Shown: positions 48,120 to 58,819 of the stretch, piece by piece | Layout: each line of letters opens with the position of its first letter | Numbering within the stretch: the first letter of the stretch is position 1 | Source of the DNA: Alphaproteobacteria bacterium | GTDB taxonomy: Bacteria; Pseudomonadota; Alphaproteobacteria; UBA7887 | Assembly: GCA_965201115.1 (NCBI GenBank) | Contig: OZ241745.1 | Location: forward strand, 2,306,308 to 2,370,307 | Direction: 5' to 3' | DNA length: 64,000 nucleotides | Translations under genes and position numbers: made by a program | Notes under the pieces: generated by a model | The model's input: only the letters and a program-made list of their open reading frames with translations | Database searches by the model: none | Told to the model about the DNA's origin: nothing

Positions 48120-49214
48120 ATGCGTTGGATCGAAGCCGGCCCCGCGCTCGCCGTCCTGCTCGCCCTGGCCGCCTGCGAAACGGACGAGCCCTCCGGCGGC
48201 GCCGAGGCCGGCGACGGCGCCGCATCGGAAGCCTACGAAGCCGCCGTCGCCGCCTGGGAGGGCGGGGATTCCGCGGCCGCCGCCGCCGGTTTCCGCGCGC
48301 TCGCCGACGCCGGCGACCCGGCGGCGCAAACCGCGCTGGCCACACTCTACGCCAACGGCGAGGGCGTGGCGCGCGACGACGCCGAAGCCGCCGCGTGGTT
48401 TCGCCGCGCCGCCGAACAAGACGGGGTCGTCGCCCAATACTATCTCGGCGTCATGTACGACAGCGGGCGCGGAGTGGACGAAGACGCGGCAACGGCGGCC
48501 GCATGGTTTCGCCGCGCGGCCGAGGCCGGACACGCCAAGGCGCAGTTCGACCTCGGCGCCATGTACGACGCCGGACGCGGCGTCGCGCAAGACGACGCGC
48601 AAGCCGCCGCCTGGTACCGCCGCGCGGCGGAGGCCGGACTTCCGGCCGCGCAATTCAACGCGGCAGTCTTGTACGACACCGGCCGCGGCGTGGAGCAGGA
48701 CGCGGCGGAGGCCGCCGCGTGGTACCGCCGCGCGGCCGAAGCCGGACACCCCGCCGCCCAGCTGGCCGTCGGCATGATGCACGACCTCGGCCGCGGCGCC
48801 GCGCAAGACGATGCGCAAGCCGCCATCTGGTATCTCCGCGCGGCGGAACAGGACCACCCCGCCGCGCAGTTCAACATCGGCGCCATGTACGACGCCGGAC
48901 GCGGCGTGGAGCAGGACGACGCGGAAGCGGCGGCGTGGTACCGCCGCGCGGCCGAAGCCGGACACCCCGCCGCCCGGTTCAATCTCGCCCTCATGCGCGA
49001 GCAGGGCCGCGGGGTCGAGCGGGATTATGTGCGCGCCCACATGTGGTTCGCGCTCGCCGCCGCCGGGTTCGCGCCGCCGGAGGCCGGGGAAGAGGATTTG
49101 CGCGCCGTCGCGGAGCGCAACCGCGATCGCGTCGCGGAGCGACTCTCGGCCGGGGAGCTCGAACGCGCCCGCGCCCTCGCGCGCGACTGGCGCCCCGCCG
49201 GCGATGCCCGGTAA
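48120..49214 (+). CDS. Sel1-repeat (SLR/TPR-like) lipoprotein
   Basis: Lipobox LLALAAC; about 7 tandem 36-aa Sel1 repeats (…AAWYRRAAEAGHPAAQFNLG.MY..GRGV.QD…). Confidence 0.8.
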   Translation: MRWIEAGPALAVLLALAACETDEPSGGAEAGDGAASEAYEAAVAAWEGGDSAAAAAGFRALADAGDPAAQTALATLYANGEGVARDDAEAAAWFRRAAEQDGVVAQYYLGVMYDSGRGVDEDAATAAAWFRRAAEAGHAKAQFDLGAMYDAGRGVAQDDAQAAAWYRRAAEAGLPAAQFNAAVLYDTGRGVEQDAAEAAAWYRRAAEAGHPAAQLAVGMMHDLGRGAAQDDAQAAIWYLRAAEQDHPAAQFNIGAMYDAGRGVEQDDAEAAAWYRRAAEAGHPAARFNLALMREQGRGVERDYVRAHMWFALAAAGFAPPEAGEEDLRAVAERNRDRVAERLSAGELERARALARDWRPAGDAR

Positions 49215-49483
49215 CGCCGGCGGAAGCCTCGCCATCGGCTCCCGACCGCGCGAACGGAACGCCGCTTGCTTGCGGGCGCGGCCGTCCCGCGCGGCTCACG
49301 GGCGCGCGGGGGCGTGCGGATGCCGGCGCTCCCGGATTGCGGGCGCGCGGGCATGCGCAGGGTATTGTCTCCCCCGCGCGGGGCGGCTATGGTGCGGCGG
49401 ACGCGGCGCGGGGGACGCGCCGGAGCGGTCGGGCGCGCTCTGCGCGCCGGCGACGGTCTTCAGCGAGGAGCGGGGCTAAACAC

Positions 49484-50305
49484 ATGAGAATTTTCGCTAT
49501 TGCCGCCGGGCTCGCGGCGGCGGCGGCGTCCGGCGCGGCCTGGGCCGAGGGCGCGGAAACGGGCGGCGCGCCGCAGCCGTGGCAGATGAACTTTCCGGAG
49601 CCGGCCACGCCGGTCATGGCGGAAATCGTCGGCCTGCACGATATCCTGCTCGTCGTCATCGTGGCGATCGCGGTGTTCGTCACCGCGCTGATGGGCTACG
49701 CCATGTACCGCTTCCGCGCGTCGGCCAACCCGACGCCGAGCCGGCGGACGCACAACGCCGCGCTGGAAATTACGTGGACCGTGATTCCGACGCTCATCCT
49801 CATCGCCATCGCCGTCCCGAGCTTCCGGCTGCTCTATTACGCGGAGACGCACCCGGAGCCCGACCTGGTCGTCAAGGCGACCGGGGCGAGCTGGTACTGG
49901 ATGTACGAATATGTGGACGACGGCATCGAGCTCTATTCGATGATGGTCGATGAAGACGACCTCGAGGAGGGCCAGCCGCGCCTGCTGGCCACCGACGCGC
50001 CGCTCGTGGTTCCGGCCGACAAGGTGGTCAAGATTCAGGTCACATCGTCCGACGTCATCCATGCCTGGGCGATGCCGGCGTTCGGCGTCAAGGTCGACGC
50101 CGTGCCGGGCCGCCTGAACGAAATCTGGTTTATCGCCGAGAAGACCGGAACCTTCTACGGCCAGTGCTCGGAGCTCTGCGGAACCAACCACGCCTTCATG
50201 CCCATCGAGCTGAAGGTGGTGACGCAAGAGGAATTCGACGAATGGCGGGCGCTTAACGTCGCCGCGGCGGCCGCCCGCTCCGCGCCGGCGGCGCAGAACG
50301 GATAG
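49484..50305 (+). CDS. ctaC: Cytochrome c oxidase subunit II
   Basis: ATG 49484 (MRIFAIAAGLAAA…); CuA site (HAWAMP…CSELCGTNHAFMP); the listed 915-aa ORF is upstream read-through. Confidence 0.9.
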   Translation: MRIFAIAAGLAAAAASGAAWAEGAETGGAPQPWQMNFPEPATPVMAEIVGLHDILLVVIVAIAVFVTALMGYAMYRFRASANPTPSRRTHNAALEITWTVIPTLILIAIAVPSFRLLYYAETHPEPDLVVKATGASWYWMYEYVDDGIELYSMMVDEDDLEEGQPRLLATDAPLVVPADKVVKIQVTSSDVIHAWAMPAFGVKVDAVPGRLNEIWFIAEKTGTFYGQCSELCGTNHAFMPIELKVVTQEEFDEWRALNVAAAAARSAPAAQNG

Positions 50306-50312
50306 GGAGTAG

Positions 50313-51989
<1,677 letters not shown>

Positions 51990-52017
51990 CGGGAAGCCGG
52001 ACCGGGAGCGCGGCGCG

Positions 52018-52929
52018 TTGCGGGCGGGCGAAACGGGCGCCGCGCCGGCGCTGGCGGCGGAAGCGTGCGCCGCCGGAGCGGCGGATTATTTCGCGCTGCT
52101 CAAGCCGCGCGTGATGTCGCTCGTGTGCTTTACCGGCCTCGTGGGCATGTGGCTCGCGCCCGGCGCGCCGCACCCCACCATCGCGTTCACGGCGATGCTC
52201 TGCATCGCCGTGGGCGCGGGGGCCGCCGGTGCGCTCAACATGTGGTGCGACCGCGACATCGACGCGCTCATGCGCCGCACGCGCAACCGGCCCATCCCGG
52301 CGGGGCGCGTGACGCCGGAGTCGGCGCTCGGCTTCGGCGCCGTGCTGGCGGTCGGCGCGGTCGCCGTCATGGCGCTCGCCGTCAACTGGCTCGCCGCGGC
52401 GCTGCTTGCGCTCACGGTCGCGTTCTACGTCTTCGTCTATACGCTCGGGCTGAAACGGCGCACGCCCAACAATATCGTCATCGGCGGGGCCGCGGGCGCG
52501 CTGCCGCCGGTCATCGGCTGGGCCGCCGCCAGCGGCGAGACCGCGCTCCTGCCGTGGGCGCTTTTCGCCGTTATCTTCATGTGGACCCCGCCGCATTTTT
52601 GGGCGCTGTGCCTGTACAGCGCCGGGGATTACGCGCGCGCGGGGATACCCATGCTGCCGGTGACGGCCGGCCGCCGCGAGACCCGCCGGCAAATCGTGCT
52701 CTACAGCGTTGCGCTGGCGGCCGCCGGGCTGGCCCCCGCGGCGTTCGGCGCGGGGTGGCTCTATCTCGCCGGCGCCGCGGCGCTCGGCGCCGGCTTCGTC
52801 TGGCGCGCCGCCGCCCTGTGGCGCAGCGACTCCGATGGCGACGCGAAACGCCTCTTCGGCTACTCGATCGCCTATCTGTTCCTGATCTTCGCGCTGCTGC
52901 CGGCCGACCGGCTGCTCGCGGGCGCCTGA
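52018..52929 (+). CDS. ctaB: Protoheme IX farnesyltransferase (heme O synthase)
   Basis: …DYFALLKPRVMSLVCFTGLVG… conserved N-terminus requires a non-ATG start upstream of ATG 52114; TTG 52018 proposed; UbiA-family TM protein. Confidence 0.7.
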   Translation: MRAGETGAAPALAAEACAAGAADYFALLKPRVMSLVCFTGLVGMWLAPGAPHPTIAFTAMLCIAVGAGAAGALNMWCDRDIDALMRRTRNRPIPAGRVTPESALGFGAVLAVGAVAVMALAVNWLAAALLALTVAFYVFVYTLGLKRRTPNNIVIGGAAGALPPVIGWAAASGETALLPWALFAVIFMWTPPHFWALCLYSAGDYARAGIPMLPVTAGRRETRRQIVLYSVALAAAGLAPAAFGAGWLYLAGAAALGAGFVWRAAALWRSDSDGDAKRLFGYSIAYLFLIFALLPADRLLAGA

Positions 52930-52934
52930 GCGCC

Positions 52935-53057
52935 GTGCCGCCGCACCCGCTGCATCGCCGGAGACGCGCGCGCAACATAGCGCTCGCCGCGAGCCTGTTC
53001 GCGCTCGTCGCGCTGTTCTTTCTCATCACCCTCGCCAAGATGGGCGGCGCGCCGTGA
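52935..53057 (+). CDS. Small single-TM protein between ctaB and ctaG (CoxF-like, tentative)
   Basis: 40-codon GTG-initiated ORF (…NIALAASLFALVALFFLITLAKMGGAP) in the position of coxF in alphaproteobacterial cox operons; stop overlaps ctaG ATG. Confidence 0.35.
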   Translation: MPPHPLHRRRRARNIALAASLFALVALFFLITLAKMGGAP

Positions 53058-53656
53058 ACGCGCGCAAGAACCGCCGCGTGGCGTTCGCGTTCGCCGCGCT
53101 GGTCTGCGGCATGATCGCGCTCGCCTTCGCCTCGGCGCCGCTCTACCGCGCGTTCTGCCAGGTCACGGGCTACGGCGGCGCGACGCGGACGGCCGAGGCG
53201 GCCCCCGGCGCGCGCGGCGACAGCGCCATCACGGTGCGCTTCAACGCCGACACGGCCCCCGCGCTGCCCTGGAGGTTCGAGCCGCTCGAACGCAAGATGC
53301 GCGTGCGCCCGGGCGAGCCGGCGCTCGCCTTCTACCGCGCCGTCAATACCGGCCCGGCCGGCGTCGGCACGGCGACGTTCAATGTCGCGCCGTTCGCCGC
53401 CGGGCCGTATTTCAGCAAGGTCGAATGCTTCTGTTTCGAGGAGCAGTATCTCGCGGCCGGCGAAAGCGCCGAGTTCGCGGTATCGTTCTTCATCGACCCC
53501 GCCATCGCCGACGACCCCGACACGGCCGGCATCGGCACGGTGACGCTTTCCTACACCATGTTCGACGCCGGGGAGGAGGCGCTGGCGCGCCACGCCTCCG
53601 TTTCCGCCGGCGCCGTTCCCGCCGCCAACCCCGCCAAGCGAGGCATGACGCAATGA
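53054..53656 (+). CDS. ctaG: Cytochrome c oxidase assembly protein CtaG/Cox11
   Basis: TM anchor then Cox11 copper-binding CFCF motif (…KVECFCFEEQ…). Confidence 0.85.
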   Translation: MNARKNRRVAFAFAALVCGMIALAFASAPLYRAFCQVTGYGGATRTAEAAPGARGDSAITVRFNADTAPALPWRFEPLERKMRVRPGEPALAFYRAVNTGPAGVGTATFNVAPFAAGPYFSKVECFCFEEQYLAAGESAEFAVSFFIDPAIADDPDTAGIGTVTLSYTMFDAGEEALARHASVSAGAVPAANPAKRGMTQ

Positions 53657-54483
53657 CGACCGACGCCCAAGCCAAGCACCACCCCTATCATCTCGTGGAC
53701 CCGAGCCCGTGGCCGCTGATGGGCGCCTTCGCCGCGCTGCTGCTTACCTTCGGCGCGGTGGTCTATATGCACGACGCGACCGGCGGGCCGTGGATCGCCA
53801 TCGCCGGCGCGATACTCGTCGCCGCGACCATGGTCGTCTGGTGGCGCGACGTGGTGCGCGAGGCCACGTTCGAGAACCATCACACGCCCGTCGTGCAGCT
53901 CGGCCTGCGCTACGGCATGGCGCTGTTCATCGCGTCGGAGGTCATGTTTTTCGCCGCGTGGTTCTGGGCCTTTTTCGACGCCTCGATCTTCGCCGACGAG
54001 GCCATCCAGTTCGGCCGCGTCGAGGCCAATGGCGGCCAGTGGCCCCCCGCGGGCATCGAGGTGTTCGACCCGTGGCATCTGCCCCTGCTCAACACGGTCA
54101 TATTGTTGACGTCGGGCGCCACCGCCACGTGGGCGCACCACGCCCTGCGCGAGGGCAACAGGAAGCATCTCCTTCTCGGCCTGTGGTGTACCGTCGCCCT
54201 GGGCGCGCTGTTCACCGCCGTGCAAGCCTACGAATACGCGCACGCCCCCTTCGGCTTCTCCGACGGCATCTACCCCTCGACCTTCTTCATGGCCACCGGC
54301 TTCCACGGCGCGCACGTAATCATCGGCACGGTCTTCCTGATCGTCTGCCTCGCCCGCGCCTACAAGGATCACTTCAAGCCCGACCATCACTTCGGCTTCG
54401 AAGCGGCCGCCTGGTACTGGCACTTCGTCGACGTGGTGTGGCTGTTCCTGTTCTTCTGCATCTACGTCTGGGGCGCGGGGTAA
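53653..54483 (+). CDS. ctaE: Cytochrome c oxidase subunit III
   Basis: ATG 53653 (MTTDAQAKHHPYHLVDPSPWP…), canonical COX3. Confidence 0.9.
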   Translation: MTTDAQAKHHPYHLVDPSPWPLMGAFAALLLTFGAVVYMHDATGGPWIAIAGAILVAATMVVWWRDVVREATFENHHTPVVQLGLRYGMALFIASEVMFFAAWFWAFFDASIFADEAIQFGRVEANGGQWPPAGIEVFDPWHLPLLNTVILLTSGATATWAHHALREGNRKHLLLGLWCTVALGALFTAVQAYEYAHAPFGFSDGIYPSTFFMATGFHGAHVIIGTVFLIVCLARAYKDHFKPDHHFGFEAAAWYWHFVDVVWLFLFFCIYVWGAG

Positions 54484-54660
54484 CCCGGTCGCCGGCGCGG
54501 CAGCGAACCGACCGATGGATCTCGACGGCGCCGAGGCCGCGTCGCTGGGCGCCCGCGGTTTCGTCGTCCGTGCGGGGCATAAAGCGGCGCTCCGGGCTCG
54601 CGCCGACGGCGTCCGCGCGCGCCGTTGCAACAAGCCTGACCGTACGATAGCGTTCGGCGC

Positions 54661-55866
54661 ATGGTCCCCGATTCGCCCGTAAAGGACAGCATTCCGCGGC
54701 TGCAACAGCTGCTGCCGCACATGCGCGCGCAGCTCGTCGGGTTGCGTGGCGGCTCGACATTCGAGCAAGCGCGGCGGCGTTACGACGCCACGGTTCAGGC
54801 GCTCGTCGCGCACGGCCGCGGGCGAGCGGCCAGCCGGATGACGGGCGCGGATCGATACTGGGCGCCGACGCGCGACCTGCTCGACGAAACAATGCGACTG
54901 AACTTCGTGGAAAGGCAAAAACTGCCGTCGACGCGCAAGCACATGGATGCGTACCGCGGTTGCCGTTACAAGCTCACCCCTGTCGGCGAGCGTGTGGCCG
55001 CCGAAGCGCGCGAGAACGTTGCCGCCTTCTCCGATACGCTCGCCGACGCCATCTACAACGCGCACCCGCACTTCCGGACTTTCGTCAGCATTCTCGAGAA
55101 CGGCCCGGTCTTCTACCCGCAAATCACCGAAGGCGAGGTCGAGCGGTCGCGCCGCCGAGACGACGGTACCGAGCGTTGGGTCGATTACGCCGCCGACGGG
55201 CTGAGGCGCTGTGCGCTGACCGAGAGCGAAACCGCGATTGTCCGCGAAACCGTAATCTCCGTTGTGCGGCGCAGGTTCGGCCGCCGCCGCGGCAAACAGC
55301 CGACAAGCAAGGAGCTCGCGGACACCTTGAATGACGCTTTCGAGCAAGCCGCGATGCGGCTTCGCGGTCTGTCAATCGGCGCGACCGGGTTTAATATACT
55401 GCGAAGTTGGGGTTCGCAACTCAGGCTGCTCGACCAATCCCGTTACGTTTCACGCTACGAAGGGCGTAACATCGTATGGCTGGCCGCCGATATATGTAAC
55501 AGCAATGGTTTTCGTATCCGACGCCGCACACTCGACGGATACCGGCGCAAGGCGTCGAAGGCCGTGATAACGGCCTACCGCGCATTGGCCGCGGCGTCGG
55601 ACAGCACTCTGAATGCGCCTTACATCCCGATTTACCGCATTCGAGCGGATGCCGCATTTCTCTGCCGGGTGACCCGCGCTCTCGTGGATCTCGTGATCGA
55701 ACGTCTCACGGCAGAGAACGCACCCGATCTCGGGTTCGATATATATCTCCATCTTGGCCACACCTTGCAACCGTCATCCGAACCCGTGTATCGGCGCGGC
55801 GGCCAGCGCCATTACGAAATGACGATGCAACCGAGAAATCGCCTGGGAGGACGACATGCCGCATGA
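54661..55866 (+). CDS. Hypothetical protein (401 aa), first gene of a lower-GC three-gene operon
   Basis: No recognisable motif; stop overlaps next gene's start by 11 nt. Confidence 0.5.
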   Translation: MVPDSPVKDSIPRLQQLLPHMRAQLVGLRGGSTFEQARRRYDATVQALVAHGRGRAASRMTGADRYWAPTRDLLDETMRLNFVERQKLPSTRKHMDAYRGCRYKLTPVGERVAAEARENVAAFSDTLADAIYNAHPHFRTFVSILENGPVFYPQITEGEVERSRRRDDGTERWVDYAADGLRRCALTESETAIVRETVISVVRRRFGRRRGKQPTSKELADTLNDAFEQAAMRLRGLSIGATGFNILRSWGSQLRLLDQSRYVSRYEGRNIVWLAADICNSNGFRIRRRTLDGYRRKASKAVITAYRALAAASDSTLNAPYIPIYRIRADAAFLCRVTRALVDLVIERLTAENAPDLGFDIYLHLGHTLQPSSEPVYRRGGQRHYEMTMQPRNRLGGRHAA

Positions 55867-57130
55867 TCCCTTCGACCATATGGAGGAAGCCTGGGGCCTG
55901 GATGGCAACCCCTTCCCGTCGGAAGCTGTAAATGCTCCGGATCAGCCGTATAGCCCGAATGTGTTCGATAACGAGCTCGACGAATTTCGGCGAAAGCTCG
56001 TTCGCGGCTGCATTGGCGGCAGTGCGAACATCGGTTTTCTGTGGTCGCAGGGCATCCGCGCGGATACCGGGTTCGGCAAGACTACGTTGATGCGCCAGAT
56101 CGCCAAGGAGATAAATCGCGACTTCGGCGCCGGTACGCTTGCGAAGGCCGGTGTACAGCCCGGCAAGCTGGCGCCTGTCGCCGCAGCTTACTCCAACCTG
56201 GATACCATGGACGCCACGGGGCTCTATCCCGTCTTGTTCAACGCTGTCGTCGATCTCGCTCAAGCGCCCTCCGGCGAGCTGGATGTGCTGGACAAGGCGA
56301 GGGAACGTATAGCGCGGACGCTTGGAGCGGACGACGGCGGAGCGCTCGACAGTCATATCAGGGATACGTGGTTGCGCATCGCAGGAACTGCGGGGCCGCT
56401 TCGACCCGAACTCACAACCGCGTTCGCCGGCGGCGGCATGCAAAAGCTTCGCGAAGTTTTGAGTACTGCTTCGGTGGCGCGGCGGGTGCGGTCGGGTCAT
56501 CAGTACTTCCAATTCGCGTTATGCATTTTGGCGGCGGCCGGGATCGATCATCTCTACTTGATGATCGATCAGCTTGAGGATCTTGCGACGAACAAGTCTA
56601 TCTCATCGGCAAAGCGATCCCGTGAAATAGGGCGTATTCGCGATATGCTGGAGGGGCCGCCTTACGCGAACAGAGTCCATTTTATTTTCACGTTTCATAA
56701 TGAGGCAGCGCGGGTGCTTGCAAATTACTGGACCCAAAACCGACTGCCTTCGTTCGAGATTTCCCCCGGCAATACGGCGTCTGTCGTGGTGTTGCGCGGT
56801 CTCAAAGACGATGAACAGGTGCGCCAGCTGCTTCGCGTGTATCTTGAGGATCATCGCGACGACAATAGCCGCGACAGCGAGCTAACGCCCTTTGAACCTG
56901 AAGCGTTAGGCGTTCTGAAGAGCGTATCCGATGGCCGGGTCGGAGTTTTGTTGAATCGCGCACACGTTTTGATTCATTCCGCAGCAGAACGAGGCCTGCC
57001 TCGTATAACCGGCGAATTCGCACAACGATTTTTCGATGGCGCCGTTCAGGATAACTACGACGAGCAAGCAACAGAGGGCGAGACCGATGAACCGGGCAAT
57101 ATCGACGATCTGCTGCTGGGCGAGCGATAG
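55856..57130 (+). CDS. P-loop NTPase (Walker A GFGKTT; putative Walker B LYLMIDQLED), 424 aa
   Basis: Strong SD GGGAGGA before ATG 55856; Walker A at about aa 70, hydrophobic-D(Q/E) box at about aa 236; lower GC than flanks. Confidence 0.6.
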   Translation: MPHDPFDHMEEAWGLDGNPFPSEAVNAPDQPYSPNVFDNELDEFRRKLVRGCIGGSANIGFLWSQGIRADTGFGKTTLMRQIAKEINRDFGAGTLAKAGVQPGKLAPVAAAYSNLDTMDATGLYPVLFNAVVDLAQAPSGELDVLDKARERIARTLGADDGGALDSHIRDTWLRIAGTAGPLRPELTTAFAGGGMQKLREVLSTASVARRVRSGHQYFQFALCILAAAGIDHLYLMIDQLEDLATNKSISSAKRSREIGRIRDMLEGPPYANRVHFIFTFHNEAARVLANYWTQNRLPSFEISPGNTASVVVLRGLKDDEQVRQLLRVYLEDHRDDNSRDSELTPFEPEALGVLKSVSDGRVGVLLNRAHVLIHSAAERGLPRITGEFAQRFFDGAVQDNYDEQATEGETDEPGNIDDLLLGER

Positions 57131-57133
57131 GCG

Positions 57134-57913
57134 ATGATCGAATCCGGAGTCTCCAAGATACTTGCCGAGTGCGCTCTTGATATATATGTTCTTGCACAGG
57201 CAACGCAACGATTCCCGGACGCGCTCGTGAACGGCCGGGTTTGGGAACGAGTTGTCGGCGAATCTGTCCGACGCCCGGGCTTGGGCAAATACACGCAAGC
57301 GGCCGGTAAAACCACACTGTTCAATTATTCTTCGGCGTCGGGAGCAGAACACGAGCTGGATGCTGTGGCCGCGGGTTCGAGGGACGCTGTCATACTCGAG
57401 TGCAAGTCGCAGGCGACCGGGCCGACGAAGGCCGACGCGGCGCTTTCCCATGAGAAAGTAATGGACTTCTATTGCGAACGCGCGGAAGCCGTCGCAGGCG
57501 AGCGATGGCAGAGACTGATGGTATCGTCCACTCCCGTTTCCGAACCTGTTCGTCGGTTCTGCGTACATCTCGGAATAATTTTATGCGATCCAAGCCTCCT
57601 GCCGTTGCCGGTCGTGGTATGGGTTGCCAGCCAGCCGAGCGCCGATCGACAATTACGGGATCCACTCCTTCAGGAAGCCGTACGTATGGGAGAGCCGGCA
57701 TTATCATCCATGCAGGAACGCTGGATGTACGATCCTGCCGCGCAAGAGATCCGGTTTCGCCCGAGGATCTTGACTGCCGGCGAGATCGACGACCTGTTGT
57801 GGCTTCAAAGCGAGCTCGGACAGGATATCCTTGAACTTTACGAGCGTGCCCGGCCGGGCTGGCTGGCAAGGAAAACGATGGAAGCATATAACAAACTGGT
57901 AAAATTTTCCTGA
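57134..57913 (+). CDS. PD-(D/E)xK nuclease-fold protein (259 aa), third gene of operon
   Basis: Motif …GAEHELDAVAAGSRDAVILECKSQ… (D … E-x-K spacing typical of restriction-endonuclease-like fold); starts 4 nt after previous stop. Confidence 0.5.
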   Translation: MIESGVSKILAECALDIYVLAQATQRFPDALVNGRVWERVVGESVRRPGLGKYTQAAGKTTLFNYSSASGAEHELDAVAAGSRDAVILECKSQATGPTKADAALSHEKVMDFYCERAEAVAGERWQRLMVSSTPVSEPVRRFCVHLGIILCDPSLLPLPVVVWVASQPSADRQLRDPLLQEAVRMGEPALSSMQERWMYDPAAQEIRFRPRILTAGEIDDLLWLQSELGQDILELYERARPGWLARKTMEAYNKLVKFS

Positions 57914-58102
57914 GTATGCTACGTGGCCTGAAATACCCGCAGTAAAGTAACGGTTCCGCCGCGCAACCGGGGGGCGAAGACGGTAACCCCTGTATACCGA
58001 TCGGCGCTGGAGACGAAGCCCATTTTGGGATAGTGTGCCTGAGAAGCGGCTGGCGAATCAAGCAGAGTCCCGATTGAAATAGCTGTAGAACCGGTCGACG
58101 GA

Positions 58103-58285
58103 TCATGAACAGTTATCGTTTGTCTCAGGCAGTTCGCTGACGATATCGTCGCCTTTCAACCATTCGGCAACCGTTTCCAGCGTATCGGCGATTCGCGTTT
58201 TCGATGTCGTCCTGACGGCGCACTCCCGTAATGCGAGTACGCGCCGGCTCAGCTCCTTCAATCTGGATATGTCTCGATCATCCAT
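58103..58285 (-). CDS. Small hypothetical ORF (60 aa) in low-GC gap
   Basis: Only ORF with plausible codon usage in the 57914-58819 gene-poor segment; no motif. Confidence 0.2.
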   Translation of the reverse strand: MDDRDISRLKELSRRVLALRECAVRTTSKTRIADTLETVAEWLKGDDIVSELPETNDNCS

Positions 58286-58819
58286 TCCCCGGTTTTCGGA
58301 GATCTTTTCCGGCGGAAAATCCGGTCGGCTCGCGGGTTACCAGAAAACGTGGCAATCGTGACCGTGCCAAAACAACCATGGACCGGTATGACGGCGCGAC
58401 GGCACGGAAATACAAGATTGGGAGCCTCCGGAAGCGAACGGTTGTGAAACCGGTAACGCAAGCCCTTCGCATGGCGAAAGCGGCGCACCTGCAATTTCGG
58501 CATCGTACTCTTTCCGTTGAAGACGGCCATCAAGCGACGGCGGGGCGCCCTGCGCAAGCGTCCGGTTATGGGGCTTTGGGCTGTTATGGTGGGGGTTTGT
58601 GTTTCCAGTTCCACGGCATGAGTTCATAACCCGCGTGCGCAAAGGCCTCCACACGGTCGTTGAGGAAGACGCCGCAGGCAGCGGGCGGGTCGGCGGCGGC
58701 CGTAGCGGCGGCTGCGCGCTCGACGATCAAGCAGCGGCGGAAGCAGCGCGCGCGGCGGAGCGCCGCCGGGGCGCCGGCGGTCCCGGGGCCTTGAACGCCG
58801 GGAGCGGGCGGGGCAGACT

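Noticed and set aside
47558-49483. First about 640 codons of plus ORF 47558..50305 (915 aa) preceding coxB
   Set aside because: These codons overlap tldD, the REP element, the C22 tract and the Sel1 gene in other frames. coxB has its own ATG at 49484 with a typical signal/TM N-terminus.
55331-55770. Short ORFs (55331..55567 plus, 55450..55770 minus) inside the three-gene cassette
   Set aside because: They are embedded within the longer coupled gene 1 ORF. They are too short and lack independent support.
57940-58060. Possible tRNA/tmRNA or integration attachment site in the low-GC gap after the three-gene cassette
   Set aside because: I could not fold a convincing cloverleaf or find CCA/T-loop (GTTCRANYC) signatures by eye. 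There is no integrase nearby. This needs tRNAscan/Infernal, so it is not supported from inspection alone.
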